A stretch of DNA of 64,000 nucleotides from Ylistrum balloti. Its lineage: Eukaryota. Of this stretch, positions 25,710 through 46,100 are shown piece after piece. The position numbers and the translations under genes are program-made. The stretch covers positions 496,001 to 560,000 of the forward strand of contig NW_026782330.1 in the NCBI RefSeq assembly GCF_031769215.1, in the 5' to 3' direction. The notes below the pieces were generated by a model, which worked only from the letters and a program-made list of their open reading frames with translations, did not search any database and was not told the origin of the DNA. The first letter of the stretch is position 1. The number at the start of each line of letters is the position of its first letter.

Positions 25710-26490
25710 AACCCTTCGAAAGGCGGCCATCTTGGATCTTGACTTTGAAAGATTGTTATCGCTATTTCTTAAGAAGTACCAGATAGGTCTCTGTCAGATT
25801 TCATATGTAATGCCCCCTTTGTCACTAGTTGTACCCATTTAATTTTAGGTCTGATAAGAAAAACAAAATGGCCGAAATGTGGCCATATTGGATTTTGATT
25901 TGCAAGTTTGTTATTGCTATTTCTTGAGAAGTACATGTAGGAACTTTCTTCAATTTCATATATAGGTCCCTAGTTGTGCAAATTTGATTATGCGACTGAT
26001 CAGAAAAACAAAATGGCAGACATCTTAAAGTTTGTTATTGCTATTTCTTGTGAACTACAGCATAGATCTTTCTCAAATTTCATGTGTATGCTTTCCTTGA
26101 TCCCTAGTTGTGCCCGTTTGATCTTGGTACTGAATAGAAAAAACGAAATGGCCAAAAGGCAGTCATCTTCGATTTTGACTTCGAAAATTTATCACTATTT
26201 TATGAGAACTTCTCAATAGATTGTTCTCAAATTTCATGTATAGGTTCCTTTAGATCCCTAGTCATGCCTATTTGAGCTTGGTATTGATCACAAAACCTGG
26301 TCGTCAGGCAACCTTTTTGGATTTTGTCTAGTAAAGATTGTTAGTGCTATTTCTTAAGAAGTACTGAATGGATATCTCTATAATTTCATAGGTATGTTCC
26401 CTTTGATCTCTCCTCGTGCTTGTTGATTTTGGGGACTCATCAGAAGAAACAAAATGGCTTCAAGACGGCCATCCCTCTGGGATCTCGTCT
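25710..26490 (-). mobile_element. HINE-like dispersed repeat with tandem internal cores
   Basis: Repeated cores (gggactgatcagaaaaacaaaatggc..ggccatcttggatttt..gttattgctatttcttgagaagtac) and end motif atccctctgggatctc shared with 54075-54630 and 45125-45565. Confidence 0.7.
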
Positions 26491-27914
26491 TAGAAATGAT
26501 ATATAAACGGATTCTTTATTATGATTAGAGTTCGTAAATTTTTTAGTATTAGCATTGCATGACTATTGCTATGCCTTGGTCTTACTCGAGTATCAAAAAT
26601 GTTTCAAATGCAGTTTGTCATTTACATGATATATTATTTTGATTTAAGTTTCCTTTCTTAAATACTTCGCCACACATAACAACTTTCATGTTTCTTCTCT
26701 TCAGTCATATAAAAAAGAACTTCAAAAATAGTTTGTTTTGGATCCAGGCCTCACGTTAAAAAATGGAAGTCAGACACAATGTTCATACAAAATTGGTCCC
26801 AATTTTCCGAAAAAAGGCTCAAGGTCAACGTGTGGAAATGTCAGAGGGTGGAATTTTTAACGAACTTGCTACATTTTCCATATTAAGCTCTATACCTTTC
26901 GGCCTCAGACTCCTGGTACATATACAAACTTGTATTTCTTTTAACCTGTTAAGCTCAAGATGAAATTCTCACAAAAGTGGGAATATAAATAATTTTCCTA
27001 GTTTCTACAACCACATTTATACAAAATTGTTTCTTGACCAAGCATGGATGCTTCAGACAAAATCGGGACATAATCCTGGCATTCTTATAGAAGAAATATT
27101 TCAAAGAATTTGTTCCATTCCTCACGCATGTCCTCGCGACCTGTTATTTGTACAAAACTTCATCCTCATCACCCAACGAAGTTTCAGACCAAAGTGGGAA
27201 AGAATCTCGACATTCTTACAGAAGCAATTAAAATCATTTGCTCACTTCCCCTTCATCAAATTTGGGCAAAATCTAATCATTCCTATGGGAGTATAATTTT
27301 ATAGAATTTGCTTGATTTCCCATATTGAACAATACACCTCATTCCCCAGGTACCATGACCCACCATTTCCCTTCACCAAATGCTTCTGACCAAATTTGGT
27401 CATCATATTATTAATGATGTGTGCCATGTTTACTTTAATACTTTTGAGCATGATTTTGACCCAAATTCAGTAAACATTCATTGGTGATAAACAGATTCGC
27501 TGTCACTAGAATATACTCATGTGTTGTGTGTGAATGCATGGTTATGAGAAAAGTGACTGAAACATTTTCTCTCTCAGTTTTAAGATGGCAGGTAATCTTC
27601 CCCAAATTTTGTTAACATTGGTTGCAATACCCTGATGAAATTTTCCCCTTTGATCCAGACGTGTAAAGACTTTTCATAGAGTTATGAAGATACTGCTACA
27701 GATTAGGACCCTGAAATCTCAGAAAGCTTTGTGGTGGCTAAAATTTTCCCCAAATCAATTTGAAAATATTGAAAGGAGCTGCAAAGTAGGAACCCATCAA
27801 ATAGAAACTGCTTAAGGATGGAGAGAGCACCAGATGATAGGTTAAAAACATGGAATACACTATTGATCCTGATTTGGAAGTAGAAAACCAACACAAACAT
27901 GGTCAGCCAGATAA

Positions 27915-27920
27915 TTTATT
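27915..27920 (-). terminator. Polyadenylation signal AATAAA of RPL18
   Basis: tttatt on the + strand, about 25 nt past the RPL18 stop codon. Confidence 0.6.
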
Positions 27921-27944
27921 ACAGAATTATAACAGGGAAACTGT

Positions 27945-36143
<8,199 letters not shown>

Positions 36144-36156
36144 TTTGGATTGAATC

Positions 36157-36167
36157 GGAAAAGGAAG
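36157..36167 (-). promoter_or_regulatory. 5' TOP / TCT-type polypyrimidine initiator of RPL18
   Basis: The minus strand reads cttccttttcc 13 nt upstream of the ATG-only first exon, as is typical of ribosomal protein genes. Confidence 0.75.
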
Positions 36168-38898
36168 TGCTGCACCGGAAACGTGGGAAGGGAGGCTACT
36201 CCATATCTCGGACCACTATTTTACATGTAGGAAAGAATAATAACTTGTGCTCCTTTTGATATTGAAAGCCCATCCACATTTCTACACAATGTTTTGAAAC
36301 ATATATGCTCAATATTTGTGACTTTTATAATTGAAAATTATGTTTTTTTTTTCAGGATTACAAGACTGATAAACCATTTGCTTTTCATTTACTCAGTACT
36401 CAGCTGGCTGAGGCCTACGTAGAGTACATACTGGGTCGCGATCATTTATCACGATTGTTTTACCAATTTTCGTACCTTTATAAAATATGGGCAAAAAACC
36501 ACATTGAATTTTACACGAATATAATACAAGTATTGCAACCATCGATTCATGCTGTTTGTAGTGATTTCAAAACTTAGAAGATATACACGTAGTTTCCCTA
36601 CTTATTCTGTAGTTTGATATCAAAACGATTTCACGCTTTTTGAAAGCTGATAAGACACTGATTTTCTATGCCTTCAAACGGTACATCTACTTGTGATTCC
36701 CGAGTCCTGAATCACAAAATTTTGATGGGACTCGAATGATTTGACGGGCTTCAAAATGAGACCCGGGAAAATAAATTGTACATTGATCACCGACCTTCGA
36801 ATAGCTAGGAATGGTTGTCGTTTCCATCGGATAAAAAAAGACAGCATGGACAATGAACATTTCCTTAAAACTGTGTTTGGCGCAGATCTCCTGGGGGACC
36901 ATCGCAATTCTAAGAAATTTCTCCGAGAGTGTGTGATATACCTACGATAAACATCCCACGCTTATTTTTCTTGAAAATATGTCGAGACACGGGTCACACC
37001 CTCCGATAGGAGGTTTCGCTTTAAATGACTGAGCCAAATTATATATATTCAAATCTCTACTTTTCACTTGAATTTTGTCGATTTCTTGTCTTTTGTTGTA
37101 TCTTAATCTGCGCAAGGGGAAAATAAAGAATGATGTATACGTACAAGGCATGTTAAAATGGTCTGGGAACTCATATGCAACAGAATAATTTCTTTATCGC
37201 ATCAAGTGGTTTACACGCAAAATGTGGATTCTTTAAACAAGAGACCCAATTGGTCTGCAGCGCTCATCTGGTATCTTCCGTAAAACCCCGTCAGGTTTCA
37301 TGAGATTTTCCATAGGTCACTTGCAATCATATCGACTGTAATTGCATCAGGAAAAGACAGTAGTGTGAAAAATAGGCTACATTTCAGCATGATCAAATAA
37401 AAAATCTCTGTTTACAAAACAACATGGTTACCTACCACTGCGATATACCACGTGGTATCACCAATATATTTCTATATGGAGGCTCCGTCTCAAAAATCAA
37501 ACAAATCGATATCAAATAACAATACTCAATTCAAAATAGTTTATTGAAACGTCACATGTAAACGCTACAGACATTACAATGTTTAAAAATATCTGCTCTA
37601 TTACACTTACAACCAGACTGCTATACAATTGACGAGACACTTGCTTTTCTTCTACCACACTAGACTGTCAGAGTGGTATATGATTACTCCTACCAGAGGC
37701 ACGAAACACTACAAATTTGTCCGAGTGTTAATACTAGAACAAACATAGCTACAACTTTTGTTGTTGTTACGTATACATATATAATTTAAATATTCGGTAA
37801 ATATTTACTTTTCAAAATCGGAATAGAATTTAGAGTTTTCCATATACATACCCCTAAAACATGCTCCAAACCACATGAAGATATTTTCAGTTTGATATTT
37901 TTTTTTCAAATGGAGTCAGGTGATCTTACCTGAAAAGACCTCTAGTGGTCAAACTTTACCAAATTCTTACGATAAACTGTTAAATTAACATAACAAAAGA
38001 CTCGTGTTTACTTCTGAATAAAGTTTTACAAGATGAAGAAATGATATGATTAATATCATCACAAACACTCTGCAATATATCAACTCAAAGACAATCTTAA
38101 TATATCATGAACATCACATCTCTATATAATTTACATCATTATACAGTGGACTTCGGGTAGTCCGAAAGGTTCTCACTTTTATTTTTCTTTTGGCGGGGGA
38201 CGATCGATTAGACTTAAGATTTATAATCACGACAATTACCGTTTAATAACTAGTTCTACACTGGATTGTAAGGGAAACAACTCTGATGTTAAGGGATAAC
38301 TCAAAGGACACGTACGTTAGTAGAAGTGGAACTCTTTTTCGTGGCGATAACTTATTGAAGTATCAAGTACCGATTTCCTTAATTCAAAATTGATTTTAAC
38401 ACTAAAAGCATGCTTAGGTTGATGATAATGTTACATGTGTTTAAATCATTCCTGCATTTGGAAGAAAAAATAATAACGTGCTCTAATAATAGAGCGGAAT
38501 TAAATACAATATGAGTGGGGGCGACATTACAGGGAAAGATAGTCAGTAGTATGATGACAGATTACCTTAACAATAAGTAACCTCATATACGCCAAGTTAG
38601 GAAGACGTATGTGTGATCCGGCATAGACATGATAATTATTGACCCACGACAGGCTGACTCGAGCTACTGATTTTGTGTAATTCTTTCGCAATGTGACCGT
38701 GTACACGCCCGGGTATGTATACAGGAGAGGTACCGTACCATGGCATGAGGACCGATTACCTATGGTCATTTAGCTTAGTCATCCACAGCCATGTTTCGAA
38801 GTGATTTGGTATGAACACCTGTACACGACATTGATCTTCTATCGCAGTGTTGCACTACACCTGTTGATTGGGAGAAAGATAAAGACGTGAACGGGGAG

Positions 38899-39304
38899 AT
38901 GTGGCCTGGCGGGGACCCCGACCTCCTTCTCACCGGCATATTTACCCTGTACCCGAAACCGGAGTACATGGTTCGTGTTTCATTGTCACCGTGGAGGCTC
39001 TCGTATAGAAACGTAGACGACGAAGCAAGAAGGAAGAACACAGTCAAAAGTGTCGACATTGGAAGTATTATTGGATGTCAGTGTCGTAAATCCAAGACCA
39101 CTGACGACCCTTTGACATATTTCACTGTATATGCATACCCCTCTCGCCACAAAACGTGCAGACCCTCCAAACGGGCTCGTGTTCGCAAGGCGATAACATT
39201 CGGTTGTAACAAGTCGTCCTCGCTCGAGGACAACTTTCGAACGTGTGCTAAATGGAGAAACGTCATATGTAGATTGGCAAAGGGCCAGCACTTGTCTATC
39301 GAAG
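38899..39304 (+). CDS. Sphingosine kinase alternative first exon 1a (N-terminal PH-like domain, 135 aa)
   Basis: MWPGGDPDLLLTGIFTLYP..IGSIIGCQCRKSK..YFTVYAYP..WRNVICRLAKGQHLSIE, ends GAA G|gtattt (phase 1), compatible with the acceptor at 47659. Confidence 0.8.
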
Positions 39305-40919
39305 GTATTTATATGCACTTACTGGTTCATAATTAAACTAAAGCGTTTAAGTTTTGAGTATACATTATGATGGTCATGCTCTAGTTCACTGCTACTTCAG
39401 TGGTACAGGTAAATTATTGATTCGTGTTCAACACCGGTAAACACAAACACTTGAGGGCACCATGACAACACAATCGCAATGTATGTACACAAAATAATAA
39501 GGAAAAAATAATGATATATAAATAGACAATATTAAAGAGGAGTGCTCGTAATTTTGAAATGTTCTAGTTTATATAACTATATCATATAGAACAGCATATA
39601 TATCACCGATACTGTCTTTCATATAACAGACTTTGCACAAAATAATGTTGACAGGTAGTGAAGATTTTCAAATAAACGGAATATGAGATCAACCAATCAA
39701 TACTCAAATACCATAAGAATTTCATCAAAATAGTATGACTACTTTTTATTACTTAATTCACAAGTGAAATGTTGATATAGTATTATATGCCTACGTACAA
39801 TATATTGTATGTATGCCTTGTTTCAGTCCGATTCCTCTTTCTGTAATCATAAAGCTTCGCTCTTTTTAGGCTTCGTCTTTTTCATGTTATAGTAATGAGA
39901 GTCGGTAAATTTAGTGACTTGCTAAAGTGACGTAATTTGGATTATGTACAATCCCTGGTGTCTTATTGGAACGTACTTGATATTACTTTGTGTGTCCGAA
40001 TTCAGTCCAAAAAAAAAAAAAAAAAGAACTTCCTGTCGGCATTCACAATCGAGTCCGTCTTAAACTAAATTCAATAACATTTGATAGCATTGACTTTGAC
40101 CAATTTTTATCAAAACGATTGCATTACACGATTCCCCCGTAGAGAGCAAATGGCTTTGCTGAAAAAGATTGTGTGGAAAGATTTTATATTTAAAACAAGA
40201 AAAGAAAAATCTGCTTCGACCTGTGACCCCGATGAAGCGTTGAATTCAATATTCTCTCTGTAGAAAACGGTGTCATCGAAATTTTGTATAGCTGGGATAT
40301 ATTATGTCCAGCACCTTAAAATCACGATGATCTAAGGAAACACAGTTAACACATATTCTTTTGGATTGTTTATAGAGCAGACTTCGGTAAGATCGAGGTT
40401 TGAGGTAACCCCTGAGTGTAACACAGACAAGTGGATACTTTTTGGCTTGGTCACGTGATCGCCCCACTTATAGACCATGACTGTGTAACTAAGGACTTTA
40501 TATAACTATCAACTTATGTACACATACTTATGCTCTTAAAACGCCTACTGGCAGGAAGATGGCTAACTCATACCTGTGACAAGAGAGAGAGAGAGAATGG
40601 GTGTGTTGGTAATGTAAATGGTTATATAACACGCTTCACACATTTTTTTAAAAAAATTTATTGCTTTGATGTCACGAGGGAAACCAAAAACAGACGTCAT
40701 GTGATCGAAACCAAATACGTATATATCACATGTGTTATATACGTCTCTGTGGAAACTTAATCTGCGAAATGAAATTCACAAAACATCAAATCACGAACTT
40801 TGCCTGTGATTATTTTTTCTGTAATTAAATTAAAATATGTACTAATAATTTTAAGAAAGTCCGCGAATTGTGAACAATGATCTAAGATATGTAACAGAGA
40901 TCCATACGACAAATAAAAT

Positions 40920-41703
40920 TTCACACGGCTAGTTAGTGAAAATCTTCGACACGGAAAAAATTCGACACGGCTAGTTAGTGAAACTCTTCTACACGGAAAA
41001 AAATTCGACACGACAAGTTAGTGAAACTCTTCTACATGAAAAAAAAAATCGACACGGCTAGTTAGTGAAACTCTTCTACACGGAAAAAAATCGACACGGC
41101 TAGTTAGTTAAACTCTTCGATACGGAAAAAAATCGACACGGCTAGTTAGTGAAACTCTTCGATACGGAAAAAAAATCGACACGGCTAGTTAGTGAAACTC
41201 TTCGACACGGAAAAAAAATTCGACACGGCTAGTTAGTGAAAATCTTCGACACGGAAAAAAATTCGACACGACTAGTTAGTGAAAATCTTCTACACGGAAA
41301 AAAATTCGACACGACTAGTTAATGAAAATCTTCTACACGGAAAAAAAATTGACACGACTAGTTAGTGAAAATCTTCTACACGGAAAAAAATTGACACGAC
41401 TAGTTAGTGAAAATCTTCTACACGGAAAAAAATTCGACACGACTAGTTAGTGAAAATCTTCTACACGGAAAAAAATTCGACACGTCTAGTTAGTGAAAAT
41501 CTTCTACACGGAAAAAAATTCGACACGACTAGTTAGTGAAAATCTTCTACACGGAAAAAAATTCGACACGACTAGTTAGTGAAAATCTTCTACACGGAAA
41601 AAAATTCGACACGACTAGTTAGTGAAAATCTTCTACACGGAAAAAAATTCGACACGACTAGTTAGTGAAAATCTTCTACACGGAAAAATATTCGACACGA
41701 CTA
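40920..41703. repeat. ~43 bp minisatellite
   Basis: Unit cgacacgactagttagtgaaaatcttctacacggaaaaaaatt, about 18 copies. Confidence 0.94.
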
Positions 41704-43111
41704 TGGATAGTCCGAACTCGAATACAAAAATAGCATGCCTTCGTCACAGATAAAAATATCTAACTGCTCAACATGACAAACATGGCTATCTATTGTCACG
41801 CTTGGACGCAAACAATAATATCTAACTGTTCGACACGGACAGAAATCCACACAGATATGTCATTTAGAATGAAATAAGAGTATTAGACACTCTTCTTCTT
41901 TTAGGCCTTTTAAAGCATATGTAAAAAGATTCATTGTATACAAATGGTAAATCCAGCAAGTGTAAGAAAAATCAAGAACTAGAAAACTAAGCATTCTTCA
42001 TTGTCGTCTGAGAAACCGAGTGAGCACTGTTAACTTTTCCGAGTGATAGCTTCAGCTGCGTGTCAATACATCCTTGTAAAGGTTCTTATCATTTTTGTTT
42101 TATTTGTCTTATATATGACAATTTCCGACTTGCACTAAGTACAGAATTAGCGAAACGCGTCTGCGAGGGATATGAAATAAGTTGGACTCTGTGCATTGGC
42201 ATTTTCCGCACTAGAGCTCTGAAACCGTTCAAGATGTCTATTTATAACCGCTTTGTACAGTTATCATGTTAGTTATCTTGAAGTACATTTTGATACGGAG
42301 ACGTTCTGCATTTTCTGTTACCATGGAAACAGGCTAAATTACAAATTTCGGTTTTCCCAGACAACAGCTCTGATACTGCTCAAATATCTACTCAAAACTG
42401 TACAGCCATCAAGCTAGCATTCTGCTCGTGCCTTTTGCTATAGAGGAGTTCTCATTTATATATATACATGTATATGTTATTACAGAGACAGGCAAAACTA
42501 CAAATGTTGCTGTCTCTGTAATAAAAGCCGTTTAAGATAACTTCCTGATACTTTAACTTTTCATCCCTCTCTTTAATAAATCTGTTGACGATGAAGGAGT
42601 TACCGCCATGGAAACCGATAGAAACGGTCAAAATTACAAATTTCACGGTTTCTAGAGCATGGCAAGAAAACCGTATCTGAAACTTTATATACTTCGTACA
42701 AGCTAGCGTTCTCTTGTGCTTCTTTTTCGTTTAGGATATTTTCTTTTGTTGTTGTCTGTCAAAAGTAATGTGTAAAGTAAGATGTTCTACGTCAGAATTT
42801 CTCTTCCTCAATTTTATGATGATGTGAAGAATATATGAAGTTCATCTGATAAGTCTTTAGAATTGTCTTCGCTTGAAATTGCCGAGAATTTAAAGGTAAT
42901 TTTGAGGTCAAGTAAATTCACACTCCCAATGGAAAACTATAAAATTTAAACAGAATAATACAACTCGCTTTACGCTATTTCCACTAAAAGACACTTAACT
43001 GTGTATATGATATGCTGCGGGTCCCAAGCGCTGCCTGTGCATCTTTAACGAAGAAAATATCTTTCCATAACATGTCACATGATCAAGTCACATGACACAC
43101 ATACATACAAA

Positions 43112-46100
43112 ATGGCGAGTAAAAAGTCGGAGCAGCTCCTGTTCGGTACATTTTCTTTGTATCCGAGGACAAGACCGTCCTTTAGGGTTTCACTGTCACG
43201 AATGGGAGTAACATATAAAAACATTGATGAATGTGACGAGAAAGACCAATGTGTCCGACACATAAATATGGGCGATATAGTCGGTTGCCGGTGTCGAAGA
43301 TCAAAAACGGCAGACGACTCAACAGCATACTTCACAATATATGCATATCCATTTCGGAAACGGACTATGAGTTCCAAGTTAACACGGATTCGTATGGATT
43401 TTACATTCGGATATAATGCTTCCCCTTCATTTGATGACAATATCCGAATATGTGCAGTGTGGAGAAACGTTGTGACTCGTTTGGCAAGGGGCCAAGATGT
43501 AGCGATGGAAGGTAGTGTTTACTAACACGTCAGTGATGAGTGTTACTTGTGTACTCGCAGCCATAGTGAACACCGGTATAAAGGTGGCCGTTATACAAAA
43601 AAGTTAATAACCATGAAAATGTCGCACTGGTGCGGCATGTTATATTTTACATATTCAATTAAGTAATAAACCTTAAAATGTCTTAAGTCATTGTAACTCA
43701 TTTTGAAGGAAGCCATTTATACATGCCAACATAAGAACACATTTATGAAACACATATTCCAAAACATTAAATGCATCAAACAAGCAGGATATATTACAAT
43801 TCATTGTTGATTATGTGTAGAAAAAAGTTTAAGTATTCATCCTGACATATACCATTAGTATACAAACCTACTGTTTGCTCAAAAAATAATTTCTTATTGA
43901 AAAACAATGGAATGATATTTAAATTATGTCTGAAGTTCAGATATCCCTTTGCATTTTGGTTAATAAGTTTGCTTTGAGTTTGATAATGCAAGCTATATTT
44001 TTCTTTCTTTTTTTTTTTACATTTTATTCAAGTGACACAATTCCACATAAAACCTCATTAGGTACCCCATCACATAGTGGCCTATAGTGATCGCCCTGTC
44101 TGTGTATCTATGCATCTGTCACCCACACATTTGTATCCACTTCATAACTTCCTCACCAATCATGGTAGTGCAATAAAACTTTGTATTCCTATTCACCATT
44201 AATGTTTCAAATACCAAAGTCCTGTTTGCACTGCAAAGGTCTAGTTCTCAAACTTTGGGCTTTTCATGGGACCTCTTTATTTACTACAGAAAGTTGTGTC
44301 CACTTAATCACTTTGTAAATTACTACATTTTGCCATTTCTTTCAATGAATATTGGTTTTTCATAGTTTTTTTAATCTTGGGTATAAAAATTTAGGCCCTT
44401 ACCATCACTGACAAGTCCAAGAAGGACAAACGTTTTTATGACACTGTTCAATTTATTATTTGGCACTAATGTATTCAATTATGAATTTGCATTCAAATGT
44501 GCTTTTTACTCGTGTGCCTTTTATAGATTCTTTGATATGTAACCAGTTATAGTTGATGGATGAAAATTTACATGATTGTTAACCGCTATGAGAGGGTGAA
44601 TCACAAACTTAATTTGATTTGTCCCTCAGGTCAAGGTCTTAAACTTTGGTCTTCCCATTGTAGCTGATATGATGAAAGTTGTATCTGCTCTACAACAGTC
44701 AGTTAAATCTTGCCCTTAGAGATGGTTTCTACTTCCATTTCATCTTGCAAACTTTTTTTATGTTGATTGGCATTGCTTTTTGTAACAGATTTTTTTTTTT
44801 TTTTTTGTTAGTATTGGTTTCACATTATCTGTATGCATTTACATGGTTCTGACTTGTTAAGGTATTTTCAAACACAATTTTCTAATTTTTATGTATTATT
44901 AAGTGTCAACTTGTAGTTTTATATACTTCATAAAAAACACAATTTGTATTTAGTGCCAGTCCACTTTTTTATCCTCTCTTTTTTGTTCCTGACAACTTGC
45001 ACACCACACACCTGTTATTATGTCATTCAGCTACAAATATTCATGCACATTTCTCCCCATGAAATGGTAACTTATACACATGTTACATGTATTATATACT
45101 ACTATAGTAATTTGCTGATATATAGTGTTGTAATCAGTTTTTAGCCCATCTTCCTCAGATGGTAGGTAATTCAGGTTTGTCCAATGACCATGGTCTGCTG
45201 TACATCTGTCCATAAACGTTTTTTGTTATCACTAGTTCTTTAGAAGGACAGGGTGGATTTTTCTCAAATGTAGGGTTTTCCATAATTTTGTTAGTAGTAG
45301 GCTGTGTAGTGAAAGTAGGAGGCTGGCCTGCCGTGTACGTGTAGTCGTGTACAGAACATTATTACAGAACTGGATTGGTGTAGGCGGCCAAATGATCAAA
45401 GTAGCCGGTCAAATTGGCCGTCGACCGGCTCTTATGGAAAACCCTGCAAATGGCCTACATAGGTTCCCCTTGGTCATTAGTTATGCTTTTTAGATTTTGG
45501 GACTGATCAGAAAAACAAAATGGTTGACAGGTGGCCATCTTTATATGATAAGAATTAAAAAAAAAACTCCAAAATTTTGATGATCACATATAGGTCAAAC
45601 AATGGTAGGTACCAGGATCGCTCTTGTACCTCTTATTAATAACAGCACACCTATTTCTTTAATGTTAAAGTAAGCTAACATTAAGTGAAAGTAAAACATA
45701 GGTGAATGTAAATCCAATACCAGTAGTATGGACTCAGATGATAAGACAGTAGTAACCCCAATATTTGATGCTGAAGGACTTTTTATCATTGGCACTAATA
45801 TAAACATATGTGCTAATGTTATTAAATTGATTTAATCATTCAAAAAACACCTGTATGATAAAAAGCTCACCTGTACCTATTAATTACTGTTTACTAGAGC
45901 TACCAACAAAAATGAGTAATGAGGCAAGCTGCAAATAATATTCCTTATCCCTGAAAAAAGTCCACACCAACTTCCATGTTGTCACTTTTGGTTAAGTGTC
46001 AATAATTAGACAGGAAATGGAATGTTAACATGTTTTAGATGGTTTTAGATTTTGGACCTTTGAGCTATAGAAGCAAATTTTCTAACTAATTAACTTCCTA

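Noticed and set aside
36355-36950. Open frames after a strong acceptor, divergent from the RPL18 promoter
   Set aside because: No recognisable product and no in-phase link to SPHK; it could be a noncoding transcript but nothing in the sequence supports a call.
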